A DNA stretch of 64,000 nucleotides, from positions 2,948-66,947 of the forward strand of contig JBAZMQ010000007.1 in NCBI GenBank assembly GCA_041649675.1, read 5' to 3'. Each line of letters starts with the position of its first letter. Positions within the stretch are counted from its first letter, which is position 1. The notes below the pieces were generated by a model. It was not told where the DNA came from, did not search any database, and saw only the letters and a program-made list of their open reading frames with translations. Made by a program: the position numbers and the translations under genes. Shown here one piece after another: positions 1 to 11,706 of this stretch. This DNA comes from Patescibacteria group bacterium (GTDB lineage: Bacteria > Patescibacteriota > Patescibacteriia > Buchananbacterales > UBA6539).

Positions 1-1
1 A

Positions 2-484
2 GACCGCAGAATTGTGGACGGACGCCACTGTATGGCCTGCGAAATGGCAAAGGCCAACCTCAACCCGCCAAACGGTTTTGGGGTGGAGCAAATCTGTTCC
101 ATTAACGGCGTTATTGGGCTGTACTTTTTATTTCGCGGGACAGCGGAAAAACTCGATGGAGATATCAGCCCAAAAAAAATTGCTCTCCTTGCTTTTGCGG
201 GTTACCAGCCAGCTATTTTAGCCTACCAATACCTGGGCCGGCAACTGGGCACCTTCCTGGCAATCCTGATTAATACCGTTGACCCGGATTCAGTGGTCAT
301 TAGCGGCGGCATAGCCGAAGCCGAAGAGCTCTTCATTGGCGAGATGTTTGCCGTCATCAAAGCCAATATTAATCCCGAGGTTTATAACGGAATTGACGGA
401 GTGGCTAAGCCATTAATGATCAGGAAATCAAGACTCGGCGAAGATGCCCAAGCCATTGGCGCTGCTATGCTGATTGAAATGTAG
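2..484 (+). CDS. ROK family sugar kinase/regulator, C-terminal part (5' end outside window)
   Basis: ROK-type motifs INTVDPDSVVISGGIAE and SRLGEDAQAIGAA; frame open from the window start. Confidence 0.75.
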   Translation, partial: DRRIVDGRHCMACEMAKANLNPPNGFGVEQICSINGVIGLYFLFRGTAEKLDGDISPKKIALLAFAGYQPAILAYQYLGRQLGTFLAILINTVDPDSVVISGGIAEAEELFIGEMFAVIKANINPEVYNGIDGVAKPLMIRKSRLGEDAQAIGAAMLIEM

Positions 485-509
485 CCAAACGGACAATCAG
501 GAGAAAATA

Positions 510-689
510 ATGCTTTGCAGCGGCTATGAAGAGTTGACTGACGACGAACTAAGTGAAACTTTTAGGCTGGTTGAAGAATGGTTGGATCGCTCGGCTAGCG
601 AAAGCGATGTTCCAAAGCAACCCTACCTTGATGCCTGCCCGAATCTATCGGCAAAAAGTCTATTTTGTTACAGAATCATGAACCTGTAA
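510..689 (+). CDS. Small acidic hypothetical protein (59 aa)
   Basis: AGGAG at 499-503 ahead of ATG 510, inside ORF 474..689; terminator follows. Confidence 0.5.
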   Translation: MLCSGYEELTDDELSETFRLVEEWLDRSASESDVPKQPYLDACPNLSAKSLFCYRIMNL

Positions 690-692
690 TCA

Positions 693-727
693 CCCGCCAA
701 ACCATTAAGGTTATGGCGGTTTTTTTA
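693..727 (+). terminator. Intrinsic terminator of the ROK unit
   Basis: CCGCCA..TGGCGG stem followed by a T run. Confidence 0.75.
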
Positions 728-745
728 AATTTAACCATTTTAAAT

Positions 746-768
746 AGACGAGGACAAAAACCTCGTCT
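746..768. repeat. REP-like hairpin AGACGAGG-N7-CCTCGTCT
   Basis: Perfect 8-bp inverted repeat; the half-site CCTCGTCT recurs near 9094 and 63993. Confidence 0.5.
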
Positions 769-781
769 CTTGTCTGCCCTA

Positions 782-823
782 TCTGTTCCCTGATTTCTGA
801 TCTCTAATTTCTGTTTTCTATTT
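782..823. repeat. Degenerate heptamer tract (TCTGWTY-like x6)
   Basis: tctgttc cctgatt tctgatc tctaatt tctgttt tctattt. Confidence 0.75.
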
Positions 824-825
824 TA

Positions 826-2148
826 CTACTTACCCGACCTTAAAGCCGTAACCGGATCAAGCTTGGCGGCAGTCAGGGCTGGAAAAACCCCAAAAATTAG
901 GCCAATACCAAAAGAAACGCCAACAGCCAAAAAGATTGAGTTTAAAGAAATAACAAATTTCCAAGTTAAGCCCTGAGAACTAGCTGCCACTGATATTAAA
1001 AATGACAGCCCAATTCCTAAAATAAAACCGATAATCGCCCCGAAAAATGTTATCACCAAGGCTTCCCACAAAAACTGCCATAAAATATTATTGTTAGTTG
1101 CGCCCAACGCCTTACGCAAACCGATTTCATAAGTTCTTTCCGTAACCGAAACATACATAATATTCATAATACCAATACCGCCAACCACCAAAGAGATTCC
1201 GGCAATGGCAATCAAGAGTAAATTTATAACGCCAAAAATTGTGTTATAAATATCCAAAGCCTCGGCCATTGTCATCACGGCAAAATCGTCTTTATCAGGA
1301 TCACTGATGTCATGCCGCTGCCGCATCAAAAAAGTAATGTCTTGAGCAGTTTGATTGGCCAAACTTTTGTCGTAAACTTTGGCAAAAATCATTTGAACAT
1401 AATCAATACCCATTACTTTTTTCTGTAAAGTCTGTATCGGCACATAAATTAAATTATCCATGTCAAAAAAAGTAATTGAGCCGCGCTTATCCATTACCCC
1501 AATAACTAAAAATTTATCTCGGCCAATTTGGATCATTTTACCCAGCGGATCATTGCCGTTGAATAATTTATCCTGAACGGTTTTGCCAATTACCGCTACG
1601 GTAGCCAGATTTCTGTCTTCTTCTTCGGTAAAAAATCGGCCTTGGGCAACTTTACTTGAATCAATATTAACAAAAGAAGCGGTTGTTCCCCACAAAAGAG
1701 TCTGTTTTTTTTCGTCTTGATAAGATACTATTTGTTGGCCAATGATGGCAGAATAATTGTCTTTAACATTAGGCAACTTCTTGATCGCTTCAGCGTCCGA
1801 TAATTTTAAAGTGGTAACCGTAACTCCCATTGCCATGCCCGCGGCATTGTCAGAAGACATTTGACTGGTGCTAGGCAGCTTGACTTCAACCTCAATGGCA
1901 TCAGTACCAAAGGTTTCAATCTGGCCAACCACGTACGATCTAAAGCCATCACCGGCTGACATTACCGCGATTACTGCCATAATGCCAATAACAATCCCTA
2001 AAATTGTTAAAAAAGTTCTGGCTTTATTGCGCCTTAATGCCTGCCAGGCAATTTTAAACGGAATAACAATTTTACAAAAAGAAAAACTAAGTAATTTGAA
2101 TTTACTTCTATTGCCCGAGGGATTATTTTTTACTAATTTAGTATTCAT
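826..2148 (-). CDS. ABC transporter permease, MacB/FtsX family
   Basis: RTFLTILGIVIGI, periplasmic domain, GGIGIMNIMYVSVTERTYEIGLRKALGA, AAKLDPVTALR; exact start uncertain. Confidence 0.92.
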   Translation of the reverse strand: MNTKLVKNNPSGNRSKFKLLSFSFCKIVIPFKIAWQALRRNKARTFLTILGIVIGIMAVIAVMSAGDGFRSYVVGQIETFGTDAIEVEVKLPSTSQMSSDNAAGMAMGVTVTTLKLSDAEAIKKLPNVKDNYSAIIGQQIVSYQDEKKQTLLWGTTASFVNIDSSKVAQGRFFTEEEDRNLATVAVIGKTVQDKLFNGNDPLGKMIQIGRDKFLVIGVMDKRGSITFFDMDNLIYVPIQTLQKKVMGIDYVQMIFAKVYDKSLANQTAQDITFLMRQRHDISDPDKDDFAVMTMAEALDIYNTIFGVINLLLIAIAGISLVVGGIGIMNIMYVSVTERTYEIGLRKALGATNNNILWQFLWEALVITFFGAIIGFILGIGLSFLISVAASSQGLTWKFVISLNSIFLAVGVSFGIGLIFGVFPALTAAKLDPVTALRSGK

Positions 2149-2198
2149 AATTCATAATTCTCAATTCCTTATTCATAATTCCTTATTCATAATTCATA
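2143..2198. repeat. Heptamer tract ATTCATA/ATTCCTT x8
   Basis: Fills the gap between the two permease genes. Confidence 0.85.
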
Positions 2199-2199
2199 T

Positions 2200-3441
2200 C
2201 TATTCATACCTCAAAGCTTCAATCGGATCTAAATTAGCCGCCCGCCAAGCCGGATAAAGGCCAAAAATCAAACCAATAGCAATTGAGATGCCGGAAGCAA
2301 TCACCACGGCATCAGGCGGAATAATAAAACTCCATTGATAGCCTAAATAATTAGCTACCAATGCCACCAGCCCGGAGATTAAAGTCCCTAAAATTATACC
2401 AATCAGTCCGCCACCAAAAGAAATAACAATGGTTTCGGCCAAAAATTGGATTAAAATATTTGATTTTTTAGCGCCAACGGCCTTACGCAAACCGATTTCC
2501 CGAATTCTTTCATTAACCGAAACCAACATAATATTCATAATGCCAATGCCACCAACCAATAGGGCAATGGCGGCAATGGCGGCTAAAAATAATTTCAAAG
2601 CATTGGTTACGCCGGTAAAAACATCTAAGGCCTGCTGCATGCTTCTAACGGTAAAATCGTCATCAATTGGATTAGAAATATTATGCCGCTGCCGTAAAGT
2701 AATTTTGATGTCTTCAATCGTTCTGTCTATATTGGCTGCCTCGTCAACCTTAACTCTAATAAAGCCCAAATGGTTTGAACCAAACAATAGCTTTTGGCCG
2801 GCAAGCAAAGGCAAAAAAATCTGATTATCTTGATTTTGAAAAGTAGCCGAGCCTCTTTCTTCCATTACGCCAATGACTTTGAAACTTTCCCGTTTAACTT
2901 TTACGTCCTGACCCAACGGATCAGAACCGTCAAATAACTCATTGGCTACCTGGCTACCTAAAACCACCACCCGCGAAGTAGTTTTTTCTTCTTCATTAGT
3001 AAAAAACCGGCCTTGAGCAACTTTGGCATCTTCAACCTCAATGTAGCTAGCCGTGGTAGCGGTAAAATTAGTATCAACGCTGCGGTTTTGCCAAATAATA
3101 GCGCCAATGCCTTTGGCATAAGAGGCAACCGCCAAAGCATGCGGCACATTTTGCGGCTTGGTTATAGCCACAGCGTCTTCATATTTTAAGGTAGTAACGG
3201 TAATTCCTAAAACCGAAGCCGGTGGACCGCCTTCATCCGAAGCGCCGGGCAAAATGCCAATCAGATTAGAACCGATACTTTTGATTTGGTCCAGAATCAA
3301 ACCCTGAGCACTGGAACCAATTGACATGATAATAATCACTGAAGAAATTCCAATAATCATTCCCAGCATCGTCAAAAACGACCTCAACTTACGCGAGGCT
3401 AAAGTCTTCAACGACCCCTTGACTGATTGAAAAAAATTCAT
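2200..3441 (-). CDS. ABC transporter permease, MacB/FtsX family (paralog)
   Basis: LRSFLTMLGMIIGI, GGIGIMNIMLVSVNERIREIGLRKAVGA, LDPIEALRYE. Confidence 0.93.
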   Translation of the reverse strand: MNFFQSVKGSLKTLASRKLRSFLTMLGMIIGISSVIIIMSIGSSAQGLILDQIKSIGSNLIGILPGASDEGGPPASVLGITVTTLKYEDAVAITKPQNVPHALAVASYAKGIGAIIWQNRSVDTNFTATTASYIEVEDAKVAQGRFFTNEEEKTTSRVVVLGSQVANELFDGSDPLGQDVKVKRESFKVIGVMEERGSATFQNQDNQIFLPLLAGQKLLFGSNHLGFIRVKVDEAANIDRTIEDIKITLRQRHNISNPIDDDFTVRSMQQALDVFTGVTNALKLFLAAIAAIALLVGGIGIMNIMLVSVNERIREIGLRKAVGAKKSNILIQFLAETIVISFGGGLIGIILGTLISGLVALVANYLGYQWSFIIPPDAVVIASGISIAIGLIFGLYPAWRAANLDPIEALRYE

Positions 3442-3453
3442 ACTAGAATAACT

Positions 3454-3567
3454 AATTTCAAATTTCCAATGTCAAACTAAATTCAAAATTCAAATGACAA
3501 AACGATTTGACTTTTAAACTTTGATATTTGATATTGATTAGAAATTGGTAATTGGAAATTTGACATT
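3454..3567. repeat. Inverted-repeat element with heptamer-period arms (TCAAATT-like left, TTTGATA/TTGGAAA-like right), no ORF
   Basis: Left and right arms are approximate reverse complements with 7-nt period. Confidence 0.7.
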
Positions 3568-3574
3568 AAAATAA

Positions 3575-4297
3575 TTATTTTTTAAGTTCGCCGTCTTTGG
3601 AAACCAAACGACGATTAGCTACTTCTTGATCACTGACAATTAAGCCATCGCGAACTTTAATTACCCGCCGGGCATGATCAGCCGTGTCTTGCTCGTGAGT
3701 GACCAAAATTATACTGTGGCCTTCGTCATTCAAATCTTCCAATAATCCCATAATTTGGGTGCCGGATTTAGAATCCAAATTTCCCGTTGGTTCGTCGGCA
3801 AAAATTACTTTTGGGTTATTTACTAGCGCGCGAGCAATGGCCACCCGTTGCTGTTCACCGCCGGAAAGCTGGTTGGATAAATGATTAACCCGATGATACA
3901 AGCCAACGGCCTTGACTGCTTGTTTGGCTTTTTCATCCATTTCCTTGACTGACATTCCGGCATAAACCAAAGGCAACTTCACATTTTCCAAAACCGAAGT
4001 TCGGGGTAATAAATTATAGCTTTGAAAAATAAACCCAATCTTTTGATTACGCAAAGCGGCCAATTCATCATCGGAAAAATCAATCACGGTGCGGTCTTCA
4101 AATTCATAAACACCACTGGTGAGCCGGTCCAAAAACCCCAAAATATGCATCAGAGTTGATTTGCCCGAGCCCGACGGGCCCATAATGGCGACAAATTCCC
4201 CTTCGTCAATCGTGAAACTGACGCCGCGCAAAACATTGGTCACGACTTCGTCGGTCACATAATCTTTGGTTAAATTTTGAATTTTAATTAAGGACAT
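3575..4297 (-). CDS. ABC transporter ATP-binding protein, LolD/MacB family
   Basis: Walker [10 protein letters not shown], signature LSGGEQQR, Walker [16 protein letters not shown]. Confidence 0.96.
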   Translation of the reverse strand: MSLIKIQNLTKDYVTDEVVTNVLRGVSFTIDEGEFVAIMGPSGSGKSTLMHILGFLDRLTSGVYEFEDRTVIDFSDDELAALRNQKIGFIFQSYNLLPRTSVLENVKLPLVYAGMSVKEMDEKAKQAVKAVGLYHRVNHLSNQLSGGEQQRVAIARALVNNPKVIFADEPTGNLDSKSGTQIMGLLEDLNDEGHSIILVTHEQDTADHARRVIKVRDGLIVSDQEVANRRLVSKDGELKK

Positions 4298-4374
4298 AAA
4301 TAATTATTAGGCTTTAGATATTAGGCACTAACTTTTTTGAAGTTACCTTAATAATTTTAACAAATTTTGGGTAA

Positions 4375-4424
4375 ATAAAGAAGGGCGGAAACCATTTCGC
4401 TGAAAGCAAAATAATTTCCACCCT
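4375..4424 (-). terminator. Intrinsic terminator of the 4466..5425 unit
   Basis: Minus strand AGGGTGGAAA..TTTCCGCCCT followed by a T-rich tail. Confidence 0.65.
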
Positions 4425-4465
4425 GTCACAAAAAACGATATACCCCGCTCCCTACAAACTACTTA

Positions 4466-5425
4466 CTACTGACGTTCGCGTTGGCGCTTTTCGCGAAACC
4501 GATCCTCGCCCTGCTGCTCCAGCCGAAGCAGCGACTCCATACAGCGGTCAAGGGTTTCGTTCGCACCCGGAAACTGTTCAAAGTATGCCCGGGCCGCCGT
4601 GAGCCCACCATTACTGTCCGAGAGCTGTTTGGGTTCATAGAACACCAAACCTCCGGCCAGCAACATGACCTTATGAATCCAGGTCACAGCTGGTTGTCCT
4701 CTCACCGGTCGCTGCACGCAAATGCAATAATGGTTGTACGCCCTTTCTGGTTCCAATGTCACTTCCATATCATCCGCCGGCTTTTTCGGTTTAGACTTTT
4801 TCTCAATTGAGAACATCCCAGCGATGGTCATTTTGCCACCCGGCCACCAGACATGCGTCATCTTTCCCGACAACCAACGGATAATCGCTTCAAAGGCAGC
4901 AGTGATCAATTCCGTCGCCACCTTATTATCCTTGTAATCCGCCTTACGGGTGTAAACAGCTTCTTCCACCATGGCACCATTTTCCATGCGGCGCCACGTT
5001 GCACTCATTTTGGCGTTTTCGCCAACTTCATGTTTAACCACGACTTCGTTCCAGCCCTTAGCGAAAGGGCCTCGCTTATCACACCGCGTTACGATTATTA
5101 CACCCTGACGGGATTTGACGCTGTTTGGCGGTACTGCCCAGACAATCTCGCATTTAGACGGCGCAATACCGTGCCTAATTCGATATGTCTGGCACAGCCC
5201 TTGGACCGCCTCAACCGAAACCGCCTCGCCACTGCCGTTCATATTCGGCACGACGAAAGCTACTGGCGTCCGACCGCCCTCAAGCACTGCTCCAACCACT
5301 GCCAGATCCGGAATCGAGGTGGCCAATTCAATGGTTTGATTACCATACAGGGCAACCGCAGCCGGAGCCGATACAATATGCGGATCCGTCAAACCCGACT
5401 TCTGAAATCCTGCTACTTCGCTCAT
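4466..5425 (-). CDS. Hypothetical protein (319 aa), GC-richer orphan
   Basis: AAAGGAG RBS before ATG, own promoter and terminator; no family recognised. Confidence 0.75.
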   Translation of the reverse strand: MSEVAGFQKSGLTDPHIVSAPAAVALYGNQTIELATSIPDLAVVGAVLEGGRTPVAFVVPNMNGSGEAVSVEAVQGLCQTYRIRHGIAPSKCEIVWAVPPNSVKSRQGVIIVTRCDKRGPFAKGWNEVVVKHEVGENAKMSATWRRMENGAMVEEAVYTRKADYKDNKVATELITAAFEAIIRWLSGKMTHVWWPGGKMTIAGMFSIEKKSKPKKPADDMEVTLEPERAYNHYCICVQRPVRGQPAVTWIHKVMLLAGGLVFYEPKQLSDSNGGLTAARAYFEQFPGANETLDRCMESLLRLEQQGEDRFREKRQRERQ

Positions 5426-5696
5426 ACGAGCTCCTTTGTGGAGACAGACATTATTTGTCCGTCTAGTTTAAGTCACTACATTGTAGCCAAAACACGGAAA
5501 ATCGCAGACCGCCACCACTAAACTGACCTTTTCTCCTTTCTTTAGTTTTTAGGTCAATTTTTTTTGTAAGTTAGTTTTCTCTGCGGGGAAAACTTCCTGC
5601 CACTATCTTAATTAAGTTAAAGCTAAACTTAGCTAAAAAAGTAGCAGGAAGTAAACATTTTTAAGGTACAGCTTTGGCATTTTAGGCCAACATGCT

Positions 5697-5725
5697 AGTA
5701 TAGCATATTTGATTAATTTTGTCAA
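5697..5725 (-). promoter_or_regulatory. Sigma70-type promoter TTGACA-17-TATACT
   Basis: Near-consensus boxes with 17-bp spacer, about 270 nt upstream of ATG 5425. Confidence 0.7.
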
Positions 5726-5782
5726 TATTTTAAGGCAAACTAAAAAGGGAAATTACTCCCCTTTCTGTATCTATTCTAAATT

Positions 5783-6649
5783 TTATTTTACCGGCATGTA
5801 GCCCGCCGCGTCCAAAATATTAACTTCGGGTAAAATTTTATAATCGGTTACCGACGGCAAAGAATCATACCATCTCATTTCAACGTTTCGGGTTTGACCG
5901 GATTGGAATTGGTCTAGGGCAATAAAACTGCCACCGACAACTCGGTCCACGCTAAGCAGGGCCATAAAAATTCCAACGTGCCAATAGCTGTAAGCGGAAT
6001 TATTGGTAATTTTGAAATTCAACGTGCTAACTGGCAGTTCACCACGAATTTTCAAATCCTCGGCTGGTTTAAATTCAATATCAGTAATATTAAACTTCAA
6101 ATGTTCAGCCGAATAATCCTTAAAATTATGAACCCGCTGCCAATTCACTTTGGCAATTTTAATCATGGCATTAGCCGTGTCTTGGGTTTCCTGACCAAAA
6201 AAACCAAAATATTTTTCTTCACCCGGCAAAATAAAACCAGTTTTTTCCGCCAGAATCTCACCACCGGAAATTAACTGAAAAGTTACCTGAGCGCCAAAAA
6301 AATTAGCATTGGGATTTATGATATTAAAAATAAAATCATAACGCCCTTCCCGGCCGCCAGCGACATCAAAACTGGCAATTTCTAAATCCCGAGGCTGATT
6401 AACTTGATGAAAATAAGAGTAATCTATTTGTTGAGTTGATAAATAATTTAAATCTTGCCGGTACTGTTGATCTTGAATTACTAAAATCATAATTAAACGA
6501 AACAGGCTGTAGCCGTACAAAACTACTGATAAAACAATTAAAAAGATGGCCAACATCTTTTTGAGTTTTAATTTATGCGTTACATACCAATAGCTCGCTT
6601 TTAGTTTAAAGCTGCTAACCTGGCTAAGTTGTTCGTTGTCTTGAGGCAT
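5783..6649 (-). CDS. Membrane-anchored hypothetical protein with beta-rich extracellular domains
   Basis: One N-terminal TM segment, then Ig-like beta-strand pattern. Confidence 0.75.
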   Translation of the reverse strand: MPQDNEQLSQVSSFKLKASYWYVTHKLKLKKMLAIFLIVLSVVLYGYSLFRLIMILVIQDQQYRQDLNYLSTQQIDYSYFHQVNQPRDLEIASFDVAGGREGRYDFIFNIINPNANFFGAQVTFQLISGGEILAEKTGFILPGEEKYFGFFGQETQDTANAMIKIAKVNWQRVHNFKDYSAEHLKFNITDIEFKPAEDLKIRGELPVSTLNFKITNNSAYSYWHVGIFMALLSVDRVVGGSFIALDQFQSGQTRNVEMRWYDSLPSVTDYKILPEVNILDAAGYMPVK

Positions 6650-6893
6650 GATAAAAAATTAAAACCCAATTACCGAGCGGCTGGTTCCGCTGTTTAAAAT
6701 AGAAAACAGCGAAACCGTAAGCCACGCTCAGTATAGAATCCCTGATTTGTTGGGATTAAAAAGTATACTTTTGGTTTATACCAACTCTCATCGGCATAAA
6801 ACCATCTTTATTATAACATAAATTCATTTTAAGGTTAAATTTAGCCTAAAAATCAAGCCAATAAAAACCAATTGTTTCTAGCCGACAAAACCC

Positions 6894-6921
6894 TTGAAAC
6901 AATCTGTAAATATGCTATAAT
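6894..6921 (+). promoter_or_regulatory. gyrB promoter TTGAAA-16-TATAAT with TG extension
   Basis: TGcTATAAT extended -10 upstream of gyrB. Confidence 0.6.
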
Positions 6922-7025
6922 TATAGTAGTGAAAAACAACAGAAAATAAGACATTTTTAGCCTCATTTTTTAGGTAGATACCTAATATTTTTGTTAGTTT
7001 AAAATCAGCTTAAATCGTTAACTAA

Positions 7026-9263
<2,238 letters not shown>

Positions 9264-9269
9264 ATTATA

Positions 9270-9305
9270 AAAAAGGTCTGCCAGATTTTGGTAGACCTTT
9301 TGTTT
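9270..9305. terminator. Bidirectional terminator hairpin
   Basis: AAAAGGTCTGCCA-gattt-TGGTAGACCTTTT between convergent genes. Confidence 0.75.
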
Positions 9306-9344
9306 TACGGGGAGCAAAGATTTGGCACGGCAAAATGATTCAAG

Positions 9345-9806
9345 CTAATTGCAAGATACTTTAAAATCGGTTAAGCCGGTTTTTTGGGTTAACTTGAGTG
9401 GAGTAGCTTCGTTGCCTGAATAGCAAAGAAAGTGCTGTTCGCCTTCCTGGAAAAGACCCTCCGCTAGCATTTCAGCTTCAGACAATGGCACTTCCGTCAT
9501 TTCTCCATCATCTTCATCATCAGAATCATCATCATAAGCCTGTATTCCAGCGGCTTGCCGGCCTAAAGCATCAGTTAGCCGCTGACAAATGTGATCAATG
9601 ATTTGAGGAATCAAACCGCTGCTCATAATTCCCTGATCAAGGTTCAAAAATACATAGCAGCTTTCTAGTACAATCAGCAAAACAGATTTGCCGCATTCCT
9701 GGCAAGGACAGCGCAGGGTAGTAAAAAGCATATCCTGGCGATCATGGCTTACTTCAAATGTAAGTTTTCCCATGGTGCAATATGGACACTTTTCTTCTAT
9801 TTTCAT
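9345..9806 (-). CDS. Hypothetical protein with N-terminal Zn-ribbon-like Cys motifs and an acidic tract
   Basis: CPYC..CPCQEC, DDDSDDEDD; GAAGGGG RBS; own promoter. Confidence 0.7.
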   Translation of the reverse strand: MKIEEKCPYCTMGKLTFEVSHDRQDMLFTTLRCPCQECGKSVLLIVLESCYVFLNLDQGIMSSGLIPQIIDHICQRLTDALGRQAAGIQAYDDDSDDEDDGEMTEVPLSEAEMLAEGLFQEGEQHFLCYSGNEATPLKLTQKTGLTDFKVSCN

Positions 9807-9860
9807 GGTGCAAACCCCTTCTGGTTATGTGCCAAGGCACGATTCATATCTCCTAAATTT

Positions 9861-9890
9861 ATCTTAAACCCAAATTTTAGTTTTTGGCAA
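9861..9890 (-). promoter_or_regulatory. Promoter TTGCCA-18-TAAGAT
   Basis: Upstream of ORF 9806. Confidence 0.5.
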
Positions 9891-9919
9891 ATGATTTTTG
9901 GACTAAAGTCCCTACCCTC

Positions 9920-9949
9920 TTGACGAACTGGCCAACCTTATGGTAGAAT
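9920..9949 (+). promoter_or_regulatory. secE-nusG promoter TTGACG-18-TAGAAT with TG extension
   Basis: Near-consensus boxes upstream of secE. Confidence 0.6.
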
Positions 9950-10000
9950 AATCTTACAAATTAGATAAAGCCCGCCAGGGCTTTTTAAAATCCAAAAGTA

Positions 10001-10084
10001 ATACGAATATACAAATACATTCGAGTCTACGAATGCCACAAATATATTCGTAGATTCGCATTAATTCGTAAATTAGCATCGTAT
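10001..10084. repeat. Inverted short-period repeat (TACGAAT / ATTCGTA units)
   Basis: Several TACGAAT-like units followed by several ATTCGTA-like units directly before secE. Confidence 0.6.
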
Positions 10085-10086
10085 CT

Positions 10087-10275
10087 ATGAACATTTTTGA
10101 CCGCTTAATTAACTACATAAAATCCTCTCATTTAGAGTTAAAAAAGGTAGTTTGGCCGTCCCAAAAAGAAATTATCCAACACACTTTGCTAGTGATTGGT
10201 ATTAGTTTAGGGGTGGCTGCCTTTTTAGGCATTGTTGACTATCTTTTAACTATTATTTTAGGATTAGTTATTTAG
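10087..10275 (+). CDS. secE: Preprotein translocase subunit SecE
   Basis: ELKKVVWPS motif, one TM, upstream of nusG. Confidence 0.95.
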   Translation: MNIFDRLINYIKSSHLELKKVVWPSQKEIIQHTLLVIGISLGVAAFLGIVDYLLTIILGLVI

Positions 10276-10286
10276 CTTAAAAAAAT

Positions 10287-10832
10287 ATGCCAAAACAAAC
10301 ACTTCAACAAGGTCGGCGCTGGTATGTTATTCATACCTATTCTGGCTATGAAGAAAATGTTAAACGGAATTTACAGCAAAGAATTGAATCCATGGACATG
10401 GAAGACAAAATTTTTAATGTCTTAATTCCGACCGAGAAAAAAATCAAAATTAAAAACGGCAAAAGAAAAGTCGTAACCGAAAAAATCTTTCCCGGCTATG
10501 TTTTGGTCGAAATGGTAGTTGATGACAATTCTTGGTACGTGGTTCGTAATACCCCAAATGTAACTGGTTTTATCGGTTCGGGTACTACCCCGACTCCAAT
10601 TTCCGAATCAGAAATTAAAAATCTGCAAAAACGCATGGGCGTGGAAGAACCAACCTTTAAAATTGATGTTACGGTTGGTGAAGCCGTTAGAATCGTTGAT
10701 GGTCCATTTAAAGGTTATGAAGGAAAGGTCAATAAAATTGATGAAGACCGAGGCAAAATCAAAGTTTTGGTTTCAATGTTTGGCCGCGAAACTCCCTTAG
10801 AATTGGATTTCTTACAAGTTAAAAAAATATAA
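10287..10832 (+). CDS. nusG: Transcription termination/antitermination factor NusG
   Basis: WYVIHTYSGYE, IFPGYVLV, VRNTPNVTGF, KOW domain, MFGRETP. Confidence 0.98.
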   Translation: MPKQTLQQGRRWYVIHTYSGYEENVKRNLQQRIESMDMEDKIFNVLIPTEKKIKIKNGKRKVVTEKIFPGYVLVEMVVDDNSWYVVRNTPNVTGFIGSGTTPTPISESEIKNLQKRMGVEEPTFKIDVTVGEAVRIVDGPFKGYEGKVNKIDEDRGKIKVLVSMFGRETPLELDFLQVKKI

Positions 10833-11251
10833 AACGATAATCGTCTACCGCCAACCGTTAACCGTCAGATAAGCTATGTACTATAAATTTGAAAAATTAG
10901 AAGTTTGGCAACTGACTAGAATATTTGTTTCAGAAATATATGCCGTAACCAAAGGCTTTCCCAAAGAAGAAATATTCGGTTTGACTTCTCAAATTCGGCG
11001 GGCGGCAGTTTCTGTATTACTGAATATCAGCGAGGGTTGCAATCGAACACAAATTGAATTTTGCCATTTTCTAAATATTTCCTTAAGTTCATTAGAAGAG
11101 GTCGTTGCCGGTTTATATATTAGCTTGGATCAGAATTTCATTAGTCAGAAGGAATTTGATAGTTTTTACGAAAAAACTAATGAAATCGCAGCAAAAATTA
11201 AATCATTAATAAATTCAATAAAAAATCGGTAATCGGTAATCGGTTATCGGT
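10833..11251. mobile_element. Four-helix-bundle gene enclosed by inverted heptamer arms (ACCGNNA-like x5 at 10833-10867; WATCGGT x4 at 11224-11251)
   Basis: Arms are approximate reverse complements and abut the nusG stop and rplK start region; mobility is inferred. Confidence 0.55.
10876..11232 (+). CDS. Four helix bundle protein (23S rRNA intervening-sequence protein family)
   Basis: [35 protein letters not shown]. Confidence 0.93.
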   Translation: MYYKFEKLEVWQLTRIFVSEIYAVTKGFPKEEIFGLTSQIRRAAVSVLLNISEGCNRTQIEFCHFLNISLSSLEEVVAGLYISLDQNFISQKEFDSFYEKTNEIAAKIKSLINSIKNR

Positions 11252-11261
11252 CAACAAGTCT

Positions 11262-11687
11262 ATGGCTAAAAAAATTAAAACAGTTATCAAGCTGCAAATT
11301 CCCGCTGGCCAAGCAAATCCAGCGCCACCAGTTGGTCCGGCTTTAGGTCAACATGGTTTAAATATCGCCGAATTTTGCCAAAAATTTAACGAAGCGACCA
11401 AAAGTCGCCAAGGCGAAATCACACCAGTTGAAATTACCGTTTACGATAACCGCAGCTATGATTTCATTACTAAAATTTCGCCAGTAGCTGAGCTCTTAAA
11501 AAAAGCCGCTAAGGTTCAAAAAGGATCTGGTGAAAGTTTAAAGAAAAAAGTTGGCAAAGTTACTAAAGCCCAAGTCAAAGAAATTGCCGAAAAGAAAATG
11601 CCTGACTTAAACGCCAACGACGTTAATGGCGCAATGAGAATGGTAGAAGGTACGGCCAGACAAATGGGCTTAGAAGTCATTGACTAA
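11262..11687 (+). CDS. rplK: 50S ribosomal protein L11
   Basis: [37 protein letters not shown]. Confidence 0.98.
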   Translation: MAKKIKTVIKLQIPAGQANPAPPVGPALGQHGLNIAEFCQKFNEATKSRQGEITPVEITVYDNRSYDFITKISPVAELLKKAAKVQKGSGESLKKKVGKVTKAQVKEIAEKKMPDLNANDVNGAMRMVEGTARQMGLEVID

Positions 11688-11706
11688 AAAATTAAAAGAA
11701 AAAAAT

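Noticed and set aside
2143-2198. Tandem repeats as a CRISPR array (also 18398, 35564, 42888)
   Set aside because: Units are 7 nt with no unique spacers, and there are no cas genes in the window
4481-5521. Plus-strand ORFs 4481..4810, 4853..5521 and similar antisense ORFs in other GC-richer units
   Set aside because: Shadow frames of genes that have RBS, promoter and terminator on the other strand
9803-9847. 14-codon upstream ORF MNRALAHNQKGFAP overlapping the ATG at 9806
   Set aside because: AGGAG is only 2 nt from its ATG, too close for a normal RBS; may be chance
10876-11232. Diversity-generating retroelement suggested by the Avd-related fold
   Set aside because: No reverse transcriptase and no template/variable repeat pair differing at adenines in the window
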